Below, piece by piece: positions 47,984 to 58,717 of a stretch of 64,000 nt of DNA. The first letter of the stretch is position 1. Each line of letters starts with the position of its first letter. The stretch spans positions 5,944 to 69,943 of the forward strand of contig CAZHVT010000001.1 of the NCBI GenBank assembly GCA_964536205.1, written 5' to 3'. Made by a program: the position numbers and the translations under genes. Source of the DNA: an uncultured Gammaproteobacteria bacterium. Lineage in GTDB: Bacteria; Patescibacteriota; Patescibacteriia; Magasanikbacterales; GCA-002688135. The notes beneath the pieces were generated by a model. The model saw only the letters and a program-made list of their open reading frames with translations. It was not told the origin of the DNA and ran no database searches.

Positions 47984-50800
47984 TTATTTGCTTACAAAGA
48001 CTGGGAGGGTTTGGGAGTTTGTTGTTTGGCCGCTGTCATAGTGAGCTGTGAAAGAAAATTCGTAGATTCCTGAATCTTCTGGAATATTTTCCCATGTGTA
48101 TGTCATGTTTGATGAGATGTTTCCATCAAAGATAATTGTTTCCAAAAGTTCGCCGGCTTTCTTTTTGATGTATAGCGTGACTTTGTTGATACGCGATGGC
48201 ATTGTTGGTCGGAACTCAAATGTGAATGGGAATTCTACTTCTGTGAGCGTGACATTTGCAGGAGGATAGTTCCACACAACCGTTGGTGTGTCGGATTGGC
48301 CGGTAAGGTTGATGGTGAATGATTGTGATTTTACATTGTAATCTGCATCGTATGCGCGCGCTTCGAATGTGTGGAATCCGCTTACGAATTGTCCGAGATT
48401 CAAAGTTGCTGCATATTCTTCTCCTGAAAATACTTCGCCAACTTGAATTCCATCGACAAAATACCTCACGCGTTTCACGCCATTTGGAGCAGATGCGTTT
48501 ACGCGTGCCGTCATAACTCGATTTACTGTTTGTTTTCTGGTGGGTTCGATAATCGAAATTGATGGCGTGAATTCGGGTTTATGAATATCATCATATTCTG
48601 TTGGAGGTTCTGAAATTTCGATGGGTTCTTTTTCTAATTCTTCATCTGTTTTTTCTGCCCATTCCAAAATTCCCTTTTCCCATGCTGCAAATTGTGCGTC
48701 TTCTTGTGGATTTTCTGGTGGTTTTCCTTGTGGATCCTCTTTATTAACGTGATACAAAATTGAATGTCCGGCAAAGAACTTCTTTTTTTCTTTTGTTTCT
48801 TCTGGTGTGTGTTCTGTTGCGAGCTTTCCTGAAATTGTATCGATTTCAACTTCTTGCAATCCTGGATCTTGTCCGATCAAAACCGGTTTTTTTGTTTTTG
48901 GTTCTTCTGGTGGTTCAAATTGTTCGATTTCTGTTCCTGCTAATGCGCGTTGCATAAATGCCTGCCAGATTGGTCCGGCTGCTGTTGATCCACCTGAACC
49001 TTGTCGCATCGGTGTGTTGTCATTATTTCCAGCCCATACTCCCGCAGCAAAAGATGGGGTGTATCCCATGAGCCATCCATCTCGATAATCATTTGTAGTT
49101 CCTGTTTTTGCTGCGACTGGTCGTTCTCCTAATTGCGCCACAGAATTGAGCCCAAATGCGAATGCGCGTGCATTATTATCGGAGAGAATATTTGAGAGTT
49201 GTCGGACAGCATTTTTGTCGATCATTTTTTTACCTCGCTTTTTTTCATGTTCGAAAAGTGTTGTTCCATCATCGTCTTCAACTTTGAGAATTGATACTGG
49301 CGGAATGTACACTCCTTCTCGTGCAAATGATGCATATCCACTCGTGTGATCGAGTAATGTCACTTCTCCACCACCCAACACAAGTGATAATCCGAAACGT
49401 GAGCGATCTCCTAATGTTGTGTATCCAATACTATCTGCGACATCAAGCACATGACTAATTCCCGCCAAATAAATCATTTTAACGGCTGGAATATTGAGTG
49501 ATCCTTGAATCGCTTTTCGGATGGTGACAGGGCCGCGCTCTTTGAAATCGTAATTTTTTGGTTGATATGGTTTTCCGATTGCATTTGAAAAAGCTGTGTT
49601 TACGTCGTAGAGAATTGTTTTTGGAGTGTAGCCTTTTTCAAATCCTGCGACATATACTAATGGTTTGAATGATGATCCTGGTTGTCGCGGCGCGAGCGCA
49701 ACATTAAATTGACCATCATATTCTTTGTCGAAAAAATCTCGAGAACCTACCATAGCTCGGATTTCTGCGGTTTTTACATCCATTGCTACAAGTGCTGCGT
49801 TTGTTGCTTTGTTATGTTCGCGATTATGATCCACGCCCTTTTTTACTTCTTCTTCTGCGATTTCTTGTAGATCGTAATCAAGTGATGTGGTGATTTTTAG
49901 TCCTCCTGTTTCAACTAATTTTTCTCCGAGTGTTTGAGAGAGCTGTTCTTTAACCATCATTACGAAGTGTGGGGCTCGAATTGAATTATCGACACTTTGT
50001 TTGATTTCTACATCGACTTGTTTTGCTGCGCGAGCCGCAGATTCTGATGCAAATTCTTGTTCCACCATTAAATCTAAAATGAAATCTCGTCGATCTTGTA
50101 GTCGTGTAAGATTATTGAGATAGCGAGTCGGCGCTTGTGGGAGAGCTGCGAGGGTTGCAGCTTCGGCAAGAGAAATATCCTCAACTTTTTTTGCGAAATA
50201 ACTTTGTGATGCAGCTTCAATTCCGTAGTTTGTTGATCCGTATGGAATTTCGTTGAAGTATAATTGTAGGATTTCTTTTTTGGTGTATTTTTTTTCAAGT
50301 TGAGTCGCGAGAATCGCTTCTTTGATTTTTCGGATGTACGAATGATCATCTCCAACAATTGCGTTTTTGATGAGTTGTTGTGTGAGTGTTGAGGCACCGC
50401 CTTGTCCGGATTTTTTTCCGAGTAGATTTGAAACGGCTGCGCGCATAATACTTTTGTATGCAACACCTTTGTGGTTGTAGAAGTTTTTATCTTCGACGGC
50501 GAGTGTGGCGTTTACTGCGTAGTCTGGAATGTCGTCGAGCGAGACAAGTGTTCGTTTTCTTTCATTGAAAATTTCGAATAATAAGATCTCTCCTGTGCGA
50601 TCATAAATTTTTGTTGTTTGTCCAAGAGATCTTTCCGAAAGTTTTTCTGGGTCTGGTAAATCTTTTGCGATTGATGCAATCCAAATCGTCAACAAAATGA
50701 ACATGAGTAATCCAGCTCCAAATCCCCATTTAATTAATTTCCAAAAGAAGCGCTTTTTGGCGCGACGTTTTTTGTATGGTTTGTGATATTTTTTTTCCAT
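47984..50800 (-). CDS. class A penicillin-binding protein (PBP1A family) with C-terminal Ig-like domains
   Basis: EDKNFYNH, GASTLTQQL, RKIKE (transglycosylase); GSSFK, SLN, KTGTT (transpeptidase). Confidence 0.95.
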   Translation of the reverse strand: MEKKYHKPYKKRRAKKRFFWKLIKWGFGAGLLMFILLTIWIASIAKDLPDPEKLSERSLGQTTKIYDRTGEILLFEIFNERKRTLVSLDDIPDYAVNATLAVEDKNFYNHKGVAYKSIMRAAVSNLLGKKSGQGGASTLTQQLIKNAIVGDDHSYIRKIKEAILATQLEKKYTKKEILQLYFNEIPYGSTNYGIEAASQSYFAKKVEDISLAEAATLAALPQAPTRYLNNLTRLQDRRDFILDLMVEQEFASESAARAAKQVDVEIKQSVDNSIRAPHFVMMVKEQLSQTLGEKLVETGGLKITTSLDYDLQEIAEEEVKKGVDHNREHNKATNAALVAMDVKTAEIRAMVGSRDFFDKEYDGQFNVALAPRQPGSSFKPLVYVAGFEKGYTPKTILYDVNTAFSNAIGKPYQPKNYDFKERGPVTIRKAIQGSLNIPAVKMIYLAGISHVLDVADSIGYTTLGDRSRFGLSLVLGGGEVTLLDHTSGYASFAREGVYIPPVSILKVEDDDGTTLFEHEKKRGKKMIDKNAVRQLSNILSDNNARAFAFGLNSVAQLGERPVAAKTGTTNDYRDGWLMGYTPSFAAGVWAGNNDNTPMRQGSGGSTAAGPIWQAFMQRALAGTEIEQFEPPEEPKTKKPVLIGQDPGLQEVEIDTISGKLATEHTPEETKEKKKFFAGHSILYHVNKEDPQGKPPENPQEDAQFAAWEKGILEWAEKTDEELEKEPIEISEPPTEYDDIHKPEFTPSISIIEPTRKQTVNRVMTARVNASAPNGVKRVRYFVDGIQVGEVFSGEEYAATLNLGQFVSGFHTFEARAYDADYNVKSQSFTINLTGQSDTPTVVWNYPPANVTLTEVEFPFTFEFRPTMPSRINKVTLYIKKKAGELLETIIFDGNISSNMTYTWENIPEDSGIYEFSFTAHYDSGQTTNSQTLPVFVSK

Positions 50801-51058
50801 GCTTTTGGGGTTGTTGTACTGAAACGATTGTAGAATTATATTGTTACGTTTGATGCTTATTTATACCTTTTTATTGAGTTTAGAGCAATAGAATTGTGTT
50901 GTAAATGAGTTACATCAGATGAAAAATTAATCCACATCAGACCATTGACTTTTAGGCTGTTTTGTGCTATACTACTGGCGTCTCTGAGAGGTTTCTTAGA
51001 GGCTTTTTTATTAGGAAATTGATGGGTTCCCGCCTTTGTGGGAATGACAATTTATACT

Positions 51059-51544
51059 ATGATTACTGATTTCTTACTTCAATCTGCAGCGAAAGTTTTA
51101 ATGGTGACCACAGCGGTTTCCACTCTTCCTGTTGCTGCAAATTCTACTTCTTCTGCAGTGCAAGATGTGTCGCGCGGTTTCAGTATTGGGCAGCGTGTGC
51201 CTGATCCTATGCCTATTTCGGAGGAACGTGGATATACGACATGGGTTGGTACGACTGCGTATTCATCTTCACCAGATCAAACGGATGATTCTCCATTTAT
51301 CACGGCCAATCAAACGGTTGTGCGTGATGGGATTGTAGCTGCGAACTTTTTGCCGTTTGGGACTCGTGTGAAAGTTCCCGAGTTGTATGGTGATAAAGAG
51401 TTTGTTGTTGCTGATCGTATGAATGCGCGTTATTACAAGAAGATGGATTTTTGGATGCCTACTCGTGAGGCTGCGATGGCTCATGGGTATAAATATGTTG
51501 AGATTGAGGTTTTGCCTCCTGCGAGTAATATCGCGCGGAGATAA
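51059..51544 (+). CDS. 3D-domain protein (lytic transglycosylase-like)
   Basis: TAYSS..QTD..PFITA, VAANFLPFGT, V.DRM, DFWM. Confidence 0.85.
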   Translation: MITDFLLQSAAKVLMVTTAVSTLPVAANSTSSAVQDVSRGFSIGQRVPDPMPISEERGYTTWVGTTAYSSSPDQTDDSPFITANQTVVRDGIVAANFLPFGTRVKVPELYGDKEFVVADRMNARYYKKMDFWMPTREAAMAHGYKYVEIEVLPPASNIARR

Positions 51545-51684
51545 CTTTTATTGATTATTTCAAAAAACGGCTTCGGCCGTTTTTTGTGTTATTTGGTTGA
51601 CAACAGTGGAATTTGTGCTTACAGTGAAAAGTGGTCAGGGTGGTCATTGATAACTTAATTATTGTTGATTGTGAGGAGGGTAGC

Positions 51685-52044
51685 ATGGGTCATTCGGGTC
51701 CGTGGAAGAAACGTCATACAGGCGTGAATGAAATGAATAAGCGATCTGATGAATTTCGGCATCATACCGATTCCGCATTGATTGCTTTACATAGTGGATT
51801 GGGTGGTCGTGTGACGCGCATGCATACGCGTCTTAAAATTGTGTTGATTGTTTTGTTGATGAGTGTGATTGGTGCTGTTTCACTTTTTCGTGTGGTTTCG
51901 TGGATTGCGTATATTTTTATTGGCGTGTCCATTGTGAGTTCTTTTGTGGGGTTGCATGCGATTCACATGAAGGAGAAGTTTAGTAATAGAATTTCGATGA
52001 TTTTTGCTGAATTGAAAGCGCGTGGAGCTGCTCATCGTCTGTAA
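51685..52044 (+). CDS. two-TM membrane protein
   Basis: GAGGAGG RBS, two hydrophobic helices. Confidence 0.6.
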   Translation: MGHSGPWKKRHTGVNEMNKRSDEFRHHTDSALIALHSGLGGRVTRMHTRLKIVLIVLLMSVIGAVSLFRVVSWIAYIFIGVSIVSSFVGLHAIHMKEKFSNRISMIFAELKARGAAHRL

Positions 52045-52101
52045 TTGACTTGAGGTTGTTTGGGGAGTACATTGTGCCCAGATCATTTTAAGGAGCAGAC
52101 T

Positions 52102-52488
52102 GTGAAAACTCGGACAGTGGAAATTCCGCCTGATGTGCACACTATAGATGTGACACTGTTAGGCAGGCAGCTTAAACGTCTTGAGATCGGTATTGCGATT
52201 TCTGAAGCGCATCGCCGTCGTGGTGAGTATTTTTCTTACATGTGGGCGTCATGGTCGCTTTCTTCTTGGCTGCTGCTTTTGCTTGTTCTTGCTCAATCTT
52301 ATTTGCCGCCTCGTCTTTATCTTCCTTTGCTTTTTGTGCTCTTAGTTTCCTCCATTATTCCTTTGTTGGTTTTGGTGATTAAGGTTCAAATTGTTAATCG
52401 AGAGATTCATCAATTGGAGGAGCAGAGAGCTGGTATTACTGTTGATAATGTATCAACGGGTATTAGGCTTCTTGGCGAGACTGGTTAG
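52102..52488 (+). CDS. two-TM membrane protein
   Basis: AAGGAG RBS before GTG, two hydrophobic helices. Confidence 0.55.
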   Translation: MKTRTVEIPPDVHTIDVTLLGRQLKRLEIGIAISEAHRRRGEYFSYMWASWSLSSWLLLLLVLAQSYLPPRLYLPLLFVLLVSSIIPLLVLVIKVQIVNREIHQLEEQRAGITVDNVSTGIRLLGETG

Positions 52489-52489
52489 T

Positions 52490-52735
52490 ATGAGGTTGGT
52501 GTACGGCGCAGGAGTTATGGGTGGGTTGATAGGATTGTGTGGAATTCTCGGTGTGTTATTTTTTGTAGCTCGAGCGAGATATTTGCAGTCACAGCAATCT
52601 CATGACGATGTAGAATCTGCACATCAGGACATGTATACATTGCAAGGAATTCTTCCTCAATTTGCTGCAAGTCTGTTTGCACTTTTGCTGGGAATAGTCC
52701 TGATTGTTGTTTCGCATATTTTTGGCGGGCCATGA
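52490..52735 (+). CDS. two-TM membrane protein
   Basis: starts 1 bp after the previous stop; two hydrophobic helices; hairpin terminator follows. Confidence 0.55.
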   Translation: MRLVYGAGVMGGLIGLCGILGVLFFVARARYLQSQQSHDDVESAHQDMYTLQGILPQFAASLFALLLGIVLIVVSHIFGGP

Positions 52736-52810
52736 ACCACAAGGGTTCACGGTGCCGTCTTTTTTATTTGCTTGATTAATGTCTATGATTTCTATATGAT
52801 TATTTCGCTG

Positions 52811-52843
52811 TGGCCAGGTAGCCAAGTGGTAAGGCAGGGGCCT
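52811..52843 (+). repeat. 33-bp direct repeat of the tRNA-Cys 5' half
   Basis: TGGCCAGGTAGCCAAGTGGTAAGGCAGGGGCCT identical to 53016-53048. Confidence 0.9.
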
Positions 52844-53016
52844 ACTTCACCCTCCATTCGTTATTGCTCAACATCCGATACTAGCAAGCTGCACTTGTCT
52901 TCACTCGTCACTTATTCGACGTACGGAAATGTACGACTCATTGCGTGACTCCCTCCAGACAAGCACATCTTACACAGTCTCGAATGTCGTCCGTGTTCGT
53001 GGAAAATTTACATTAT

Positions 53017-53091
53017 GGCCAGGTAGCCAAGTGGTAAGGCAGGGGCCTGCAAAGCCTCTATTCGTGGGTTCGATCCCCGCTCTGGCCTCCA
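53017..53091 (+). tRNA. tRNA-Cys (GCA)
   Basis: GGCCAGG/TCTGGCC acceptor stem, loop CTGCAAA, GGTTCGATCCC, encoded CCA. Confidence 0.95.
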
Positions 53092-53179
53092 TCCGATAAA
53101 AGTCCTTATGGGCTTTTTTTGGTTGACAATGTTTAATGTTGATGCTATAGTTTGGTCGTTCTTTTTCTGGAGGTGAATT

Positions 53180-53584
53180 GTGGGTGATACAAAAGATAGT
53201 GTGGGGCTTTTTATCCGAAATGCTGCGGGGTTGTATTTATTGCAGTTTCGGGATAATGCGCCGCAGAATACCGCCAAGCTGACATGGGATGTATTTGGTG
53301 GACATATGAAGTTGGGTGAAACTCCGGAGAAGTGTGCGTCCCGTGAATTGCCTGAGGAGCTTGCAATTGGATCTGTCCATATTGCATCCTTCTCAATTGT
53401 GGGTTATTTTGAGAAGGAAAATGGCGGGCTCATGTATTGCGCTCAGTACCAATTTCCTATTGAGTGGAAAGATTTTCGAGTTTTGGAAGGTGCTGGTGCA
53501 GGATTTTTTTCCACGTATGATGTCTCTTGTTTGCAGCCCGTTTTCTCGGGTGCACGTGAAATGTTTCGGAGATTTGGTAAATGA
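53180..53584 (+). CDS. NUDIX hydrolase
   Basis: GGHMKLGETPEKCASRELPEEL Nudix box; GGAGG RBS. Confidence 0.9.
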   Translation: MGDTKDSVGLFIRNAAGLYLLQFRDNAPQNTAKLTWDVFGGHMKLGETPEKCASRELPEELAIGSVHIASFSIVGYFEKENGGLMYCAQYQFPIEWKDFRVLEGAGAGFFSTYDVSCLQPVFSGAREMFRRFGK

Positions 53585-53677
53585 GTCAAAAGGCCTTATG
53601 GCCTTTTTTTATTTGGGTTGAGGTGGTAAGATTTGTTTCTACATACATGGATTCCGTACGACTACGGAATGGTAATT

Positions 53678-56323
53678 ATGAGTGATAAAAAGACATTGGT
53701 TTTAATTGATGGAAATGCGATTTTGCATCGTGCGTATCATGCGTTGCCTCCGATGAGTACGAAGGATGGGACGCTGGTGAATGCGGTGTATGGATTTTCA
53801 TCACTGCTTTTAAAAATTATGAATGACATCAAGCCGGATGGTTTGGTGTGTACGTTTGATTTGGCTGGTGGAACGTTTCGGGACGAGATTTATCCAGAAT
53901 ATAAAGCGACGCGTGAGAAGAAATCGCAGGAGTTATATGATCAGTTGGATCCGATTAAGGATGTATTGGATGCCTTTGCTATTCCGTGGTTTGAGAAAGA
54001 AGGGTATGAGGCGGATGATATTATTGGATCGATTTCAAAGCAGATTACGAAAAAAAATAAAGATTGGAAGGTGTTGATTGTGACGGGGGATTTGGATGAG
54101 TTGCAGTTGGTGGATGAGCAGATTAATTTGTATATGTTGAAGAAAGGGATTTCGCAGGTGAAGATTTATGATGAGGTTGCGGTGCATGAGCGATATGGAT
54201 TGACGCCGGATGAGTTGATTGATTATAAAGCGTTTAAGGGTGATCCTTCGGATAATATTAAGGGTGTTGCGGGGATTGGTGATAAGGGGGCGACGCAATT
54301 GATTCAGTCGTTTGGTTCGGTTGAGGGAGTATATAAGGCTTTGAGTGATGAGGGGTTGGAGGGATTTTCTGCGGGTGTTGCGAAAAAGGTTCGTGATGGT
54401 GAGGAGGATGCGAAGTTGGCGAAGGAGTTGGTAACAATCGTCACGGATTTGAAAACAGATTTTGATTTGAAAGATTCTTATTTGCATGATTTTGAGTTTG
54501 AGGATGTTGAGAAAGTTTTTCGTGGTTTGGAATTTGGTTCGTTGTTGTCTCGTGTTCCAGGTTCGAAGGTTGCACCAGTGCGCGCATCTAAAGCATCTTC
54601 TACTATTATCCCGCTGGAGGTGACGGTGGATCAGAAGGATTGGAAAGATTTTATTTTACTGTGTGAGAAGCAGAAGTATGTGGTTGTGTTTGCGCATAAG
54701 GCTGAACAGACTTCGATGTTTGAATCTGGTGTGACGATGGGATGTGTAGTTGGTGATGAAACGTTTGTATTTTTATTGAATGATGCACGGCGAAATGTGT
54801 TGCTAGATATTATTTTGAATAAGAAAATTGCGTTGGTTGGATTTGATGTGAAGCGATTGTTTCATGTGTTGGATGTTGATGATGTTTCTGATTTTGTGAT
54901 TGATGATGTGATGTTGTTGGAATATGTGTTGCATGCGGGGCGTCAAACTACATTAGCGAATGTGTTGTTTCAGTATGCGGATGTGACGCTTCCTTCTAAG
55001 GTGCCTGCTGATGTTGTTGGTTATGTTGGTTCTATTGTAGATGGGTTGTCACATGCATATACAGCTTTGCGAAAAGAGATTAAAGGAAATTCTGTTGAGA
55101 AAGTTTTGGATGAGATTGAGATACCTTTGTTGCCGGTTTTGTATGCGATGGAGCGTGCTGGCGTGCAGCTGGATGTTCTCGAATTATCGAAATTGCATGA
55201 TGTGGTGGTGAAGGATATCGAGAATTTAAAAAAGAAAATGTATAAGGCCTGTGGCGTTGAGTTTAATATTTCATCACCCTCGCAATTGAAGGATGTGTTG
55301 TTTGAGACGTTGCAATTGCCGACGCAAGGGATTAAGAAAGGGAAAACAGGGTATTCGACGGCTGCTTCTGAATTAGAAAAGTTGCGTGGAATGCATCCGA
55401 TTATTGAGGATATTTTTGTGTATCGTGAGTTATCGAAATTGCAGTCGACGTATATTGATGCATTGCCGAAGTTGGTTGCCAGAGATGGTCGAGTGCATAC
55501 GACGTTTGCGCAATCGGTTACATCGACGGGACGATTGGCATCATTGAGTCCGAATTTGCAGAATATTCCGATGCGGACTGCGCGTGGACGAGAGGTGCGC
55601 GCGGCATTTATTCCGAAAGATGGTTTTGTTTTATTGGCGGCTGATTATTCACAGATTGAGTTACGTCTTGTGGCACATATTTCAAAAGATAAAGAATTGA
55701 CTCGAATTTTTAAGGAGGGTGAGGATGTGCACACAGCGACCGCGGCGAAGATTCATGGAATTCCAATTGAGAAAGTGACGAAAGATATTCGGAGAACTGC
55801 GAAGGAAGTTAACTTTGGAGTTTTGTATGGGATGGGTGCATTTGGGTTAGCGTCTCGAACGGGGATTTCTCGAGTTGAGGCTGCGGAATTTATTGAAAAT
55901 TATTTTGATTCGTTTTTTGGTGTGAAAAAATATGTTGATGCGACGATAAAGAAAGCGGCGAAAGATGGATATGTTGAGACGATGTTTGGTCGTCGTCGTG
56001 AATTGCCAGAATTATCAAGTGATGTTGGAATGGTTCGAAAGGCAGGAGAGCGCATGGCGGTTAATATGCCAACGCAGGGCGCGCAAGCTGATATTATTAA
56101 AAAGGCGATGGTGGAAATGCATGAGATTTTAGATGGAGAGGAAAAAGAGATTCAGATGTTGCTGCAAGTTCATGATGAGTTAGTATTTGAAGTGAAAAAG
56201 GGAAAAGAACAGGAGTGGGCAAAAAAAATAAAGAAAGTGATGGAAGGTGTGGTGAAGTTGAAAGTTCCGATTATCGTTGATGTACATGTTGGCGATAATT
56301 GGCGTGATATGAAAGATTTGTAA
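53678..56323 (+). CDS. polA: DNA polymerase I
   Basis: LIDGN..HRAYHA 5' nuclease, TGRLAS..PNLQNIP, DYSQIELR, K.VNFGVLYG, LLQVHDEL. Confidence 0.98.
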   Translation: MSDKKTLVLIDGNAILHRAYHALPPMSTKDGTLVNAVYGFSSLLLKIMNDIKPDGLVCTFDLAGGTFRDEIYPEYKATREKKSQELYDQLDPIKDVLDAFAIPWFEKEGYEADDIIGSISKQITKKNKDWKVLIVTGDLDELQLVDEQINLYMLKKGISQVKIYDEVAVHERYGLTPDELIDYKAFKGDPSDNIKGVAGIGDKGATQLIQSFGSVEGVYKALSDEGLEGFSAGVAKKVRDGEEDAKLAKELVTIVTDLKTDFDLKDSYLHDFEFEDVEKVFRGLEFGSLLSRVPGSKVAPVRASKASSTIIPLEVTVDQKDWKDFILLCEKQKYVVVFAHKAEQTSMFESGVTMGCVVGDETFVFLLNDARRNVLLDIILNKKIALVGFDVKRLFHVLDVDDVSDFVIDDVMLLEYVLHAGRQTTLANVLFQYADVTLPSKVPADVVGYVGSIVDGLSHAYTALRKEIKGNSVEKVLDEIEIPLLPVLYAMERAGVQLDVLELSKLHDVVVKDIENLKKKMYKACGVEFNISSPSQLKDVLFETLQLPTQGIKKGKTGYSTAASELEKLRGMHPIIEDIFVYRELSKLQSTYIDALPKLVARDGRVHTTFAQSVTSTGRLASLSPNLQNIPMRTARGREVRAAFIPKDGFVLLAADYSQIELRLVAHISKDKELTRIFKEGEDVHTATAAKIHGIPIEKVTKDIRRTAKEVNFGVLYGMGAFGLASRTGISRVEAAEFIENYFDSFFGVKKYVDATIKKAAKDGYVETMFGRRRELPELSSDVGMVRKAGERMAVNMPTQGAQADIIKKAMVEMHEILDGEEKEIQMLLQVHDELVFEVKKGKEQEWAKKIKKVMEGVVKLKVPIIVDVHVGDNWRDMKDL

Positions 56324-56332
56324 TTCGTTATT

Positions 56333-56839
56333 ATGTCAAAATTTGATCATGATGAAGTGATTGAAAAAGCGATTCGCTTTTTATGTGAGTATGCCCCTAA
56401 AGAATGGGATCGGCCGAAACGACTTGTGATGCATGATTTGCGAGTTGGGTTTTATTTATATGAGCGTAATTATTCGCTAGACGTTATTGTCGCTGGTTTT
56501 CTTCATGATATTTTAGAATGGACGGAGTGTGATGAGACCCTCATAAAGGAAAAATTTGGGGATCATGTGTTTGAAATTGTGAATGCGAATACAAAGGATC
56601 GTTCTATACATGATCCGAAAGATCGTCGCAGCGATTATGTCCAGCGGTGTTTGGGGGTTGGTGTTGATGCTTTGATTGTGAAGGCTGCGGATACTTTGGA
56701 CAGTTATGAATTTTATAGTGAGCAGCAGAACAATTCTGAAATGGCACGTTCTTGTGATATTGCGGAAAAATTGCTGAGTGTTATTTCTCCTGAAATGAGC
56801 GATAGTATTTTTGAGGAACTGAAATTAATTCTGGTTTAA
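56333..56839 (+). CDS. HD-domain protein (RelA/SpoT hydrolase-like)
   Basis: H...V, AGFLHDILEWT, FG..V..IV, VKAAD.LD. Confidence 0.8.
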   Translation: MSKFDHDEVIEKAIRFLCEYAPKEWDRPKRLVMHDLRVGFYLYERNYSLDVIVAGFLHDILEWTECDETLIKEKFGDHVFEIVNANTKDRSIHDPKDRRSDYVQRCLGVGVDALIVKAADTLDSYEFYSEQQNNSEMARSCDIAEKLLSVISPEMSDSIFEELKLILV

Positions 56840-56843
56840 TTTT

Positions 56844-57806
56844 ATGGTACTTTTTTACTGGGGAGCTGATGGTTTTCGGTCGCATGAGCATGTTGTGCGG
56901 ACGATTGAGAGTTTTCGTGAAAAAAGAGATCCGCAGGGATACAATGTTTTTGTGTTTGATGTGAAGGATGCGAAATCTTCGGAGGTGTGGGAGGCGATTT
57001 CGTCGGCGCCTTTTATGGCTGAGAAGAAGATGGTTGTGGTGAAACATTTATTTTCGGTGAAGTCTGAATTTGAGGATGAGTTGAAAGAAAGATTGTCGAG
57101 TTTAGATGCACGAGAGGATTTGGTTTTGCTTTTGCATGCAGAAGGAGATAAATTTCGAAATAGTTTGTTTAAGGATGTGATGAAATTGCAGTATGCGCAG
57201 GAATTTATTCCGATGAAGGCGCCGGAAATTATGGGATGGATTGCGGAGCGTTTGGATGGGCATGGCGTGACGATTGAATCTGATGCGTCGAATGTGTTGG
57301 CCAAATCATATGCAGAGGATATGTGGGCGTTGTCGCGGTTGGTTGATCAATTGGTGGCGTTTGTGAAATCTGAATCTCGTGCGATTGTGACGAAATCTGA
57401 TTGTGAAATATTTTTACCAGAAGTTATTGATGATAATACATTTCATTTTGTGGATGCGATTAATGCGAGAGATCATGGGCGTGCGTTGTCGTTGCTGGAT
57501 CAGCAGTGGCAGGCAGGAAAAACACCGATTGAGGTGATTGGGTTGTTGTTGTGGCAGTGGCGGGTTATGTTGAAAGTTCGTGCGTTGTTGGATGAGCAGC
57601 CGAAATTACGAGGAAAAGAAATTGCGAAGGAATTAAAGATTCATGCTTTCGTTGCTGACAAATCCGCGCGTTTGGTTCGTGATGTTGACGTCAATCATGT
57701 TTTGGGACAATATAATCAACTCATGCAATTAGATGAGTCCGCAAAGTCTGGGGGATATGCGCAAGCGGAATTAACCTCGCTGGTAACAGCACTTACATGT
57801 CAGTGA
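56844..57806 (+). CDS. holA: DNA polymerase III delta subunit
   Basis: LFYWG.D.F, SAPFMAEKKMVVV, F.FVDA, IHAFVA.K. Confidence 0.88.
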   Translation: MVLFYWGADGFRSHEHVVRTIESFREKRDPQGYNVFVFDVKDAKSSEVWEAISSAPFMAEKKMVVVKHLFSVKSEFEDELKERLSSLDAREDLVLLLHAEGDKFRNSLFKDVMKLQYAQEFIPMKAPEIMGWIAERLDGHGVTIESDASNVLAKSYAEDMWALSRLVDQLVAFVKSESRAIVTKSDCEIFLPEVIDDNTFHFVDAINARDHGRALSLLDQQWQAGKTPIEVIGLLLWQWRVMLKVRALLDEQPKLRGKEIAKELKIHAFVADKSARLVRDVDVNHVLGQYNQLMQLDESAKSGGYAQAELTSLVTALTCQ

Positions 57807-58633
57807 AAAGAATATTCGTCATATTAAGTATTGTTTTGATGGGGGCTACCCCTTCTTTTTTGTTTGGGCAGGAGCGATTGGAAAATGAGATTAAGCTTTC
57901 GGTTCCAGCGGAAATTCATGACGAGGTTTTGGCGTACATGCTTTCTGTGTTTGTAGATGAGCGATTTGTGTTTGAGGATTTTCGTTTGGATGGGGATTTT
58001 GTGACTGAACAATTTTTTGATTCGTATTATGATACATCGCGATTTGATGTGGTTGATGATGATAATGGGATTCGGTATCGTCGGCGCTATGCCGATGGTG
58101 AGTTTTCGTCGCGTGTGGTGCAGGTGAAGGTTGCTGGTGAGGATACCACTGCGCAGGAATTTAAATTTGAGGTTGATAATGGTTCGTTTGATGATCGCTC
58201 TCCAAAATTATTTGATTTAGTTGTTGATGAGGATGGTTTTGGTGATTTGATGAGTGAATTGGGATACAATGCAAAAAAATTGCGTCCGGCTTTGGAATTA
58301 GCGCAGGTTCGTGATCGTGTGTTGCTTTTTGTTGATGGTGATCCCCGGGTAACTTTGACGCTTGATTCTGTGTATTCAAAAAAATGGTGGATCGATCACC
58401 AGTTTGTTGAGTTAGAGTTGGAATTGAATGAGGTGTATTATACTGCGGCGGATGATGATGAGCGCGCGCGATGGGAGCGCTTAGCTCAAGCGATTGAGGA
58501 TGAGATCACTTCGGAGTTTGAGGAGATTGTGCCGAATCAGCGTCCGAAGTATTCGCAGATGTTTGAACGACTTGCGTCTGTGTTTCCACTTTCGTGGTTT
58601 TGGCGGCCGTTTCGATGGGTGGGGTTGATGTAG
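57797..58633 (+). CDS. CYTH-domain protein with N-terminal signal/anchor
   Basis: ENEIKL (ExExK), D.YYDT, IRYR.R, R.R, LTLD, ELELE, PKY. Confidence 0.75.
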   Translation: MSVKRIFVILSIVLMGATPSFLFGQERLENEIKLSVPAEIHDEVLAYMLSVFVDERFVFEDFRLDGDFVTEQFFDSYYDTSRFDVVDDDNGIRYRRRYADGEFSSRVVQVKVAGEDTTAQEFKFEVDNGSFDDRSPKLFDLVVDEDGFGDLMSELGYNAKKLRPALELAQVRDRVLLFVDGDPRVTLTLDSVYSKKWWIDHQFVELELELNEVYYTAADDDERARWERLAQAIEDEITSEFEEIVPNQRPKYSQMFERLASVFPLSWFWRPFRWVGLM

Positions 58634-58717
58634 ATATGGCTTCGCCATACTATTTTTGGCATCCGTAGTTCTATTACTGAGTCTGTATGAAAGCTTTTTT
58701 TTATTTAAATTATTATC

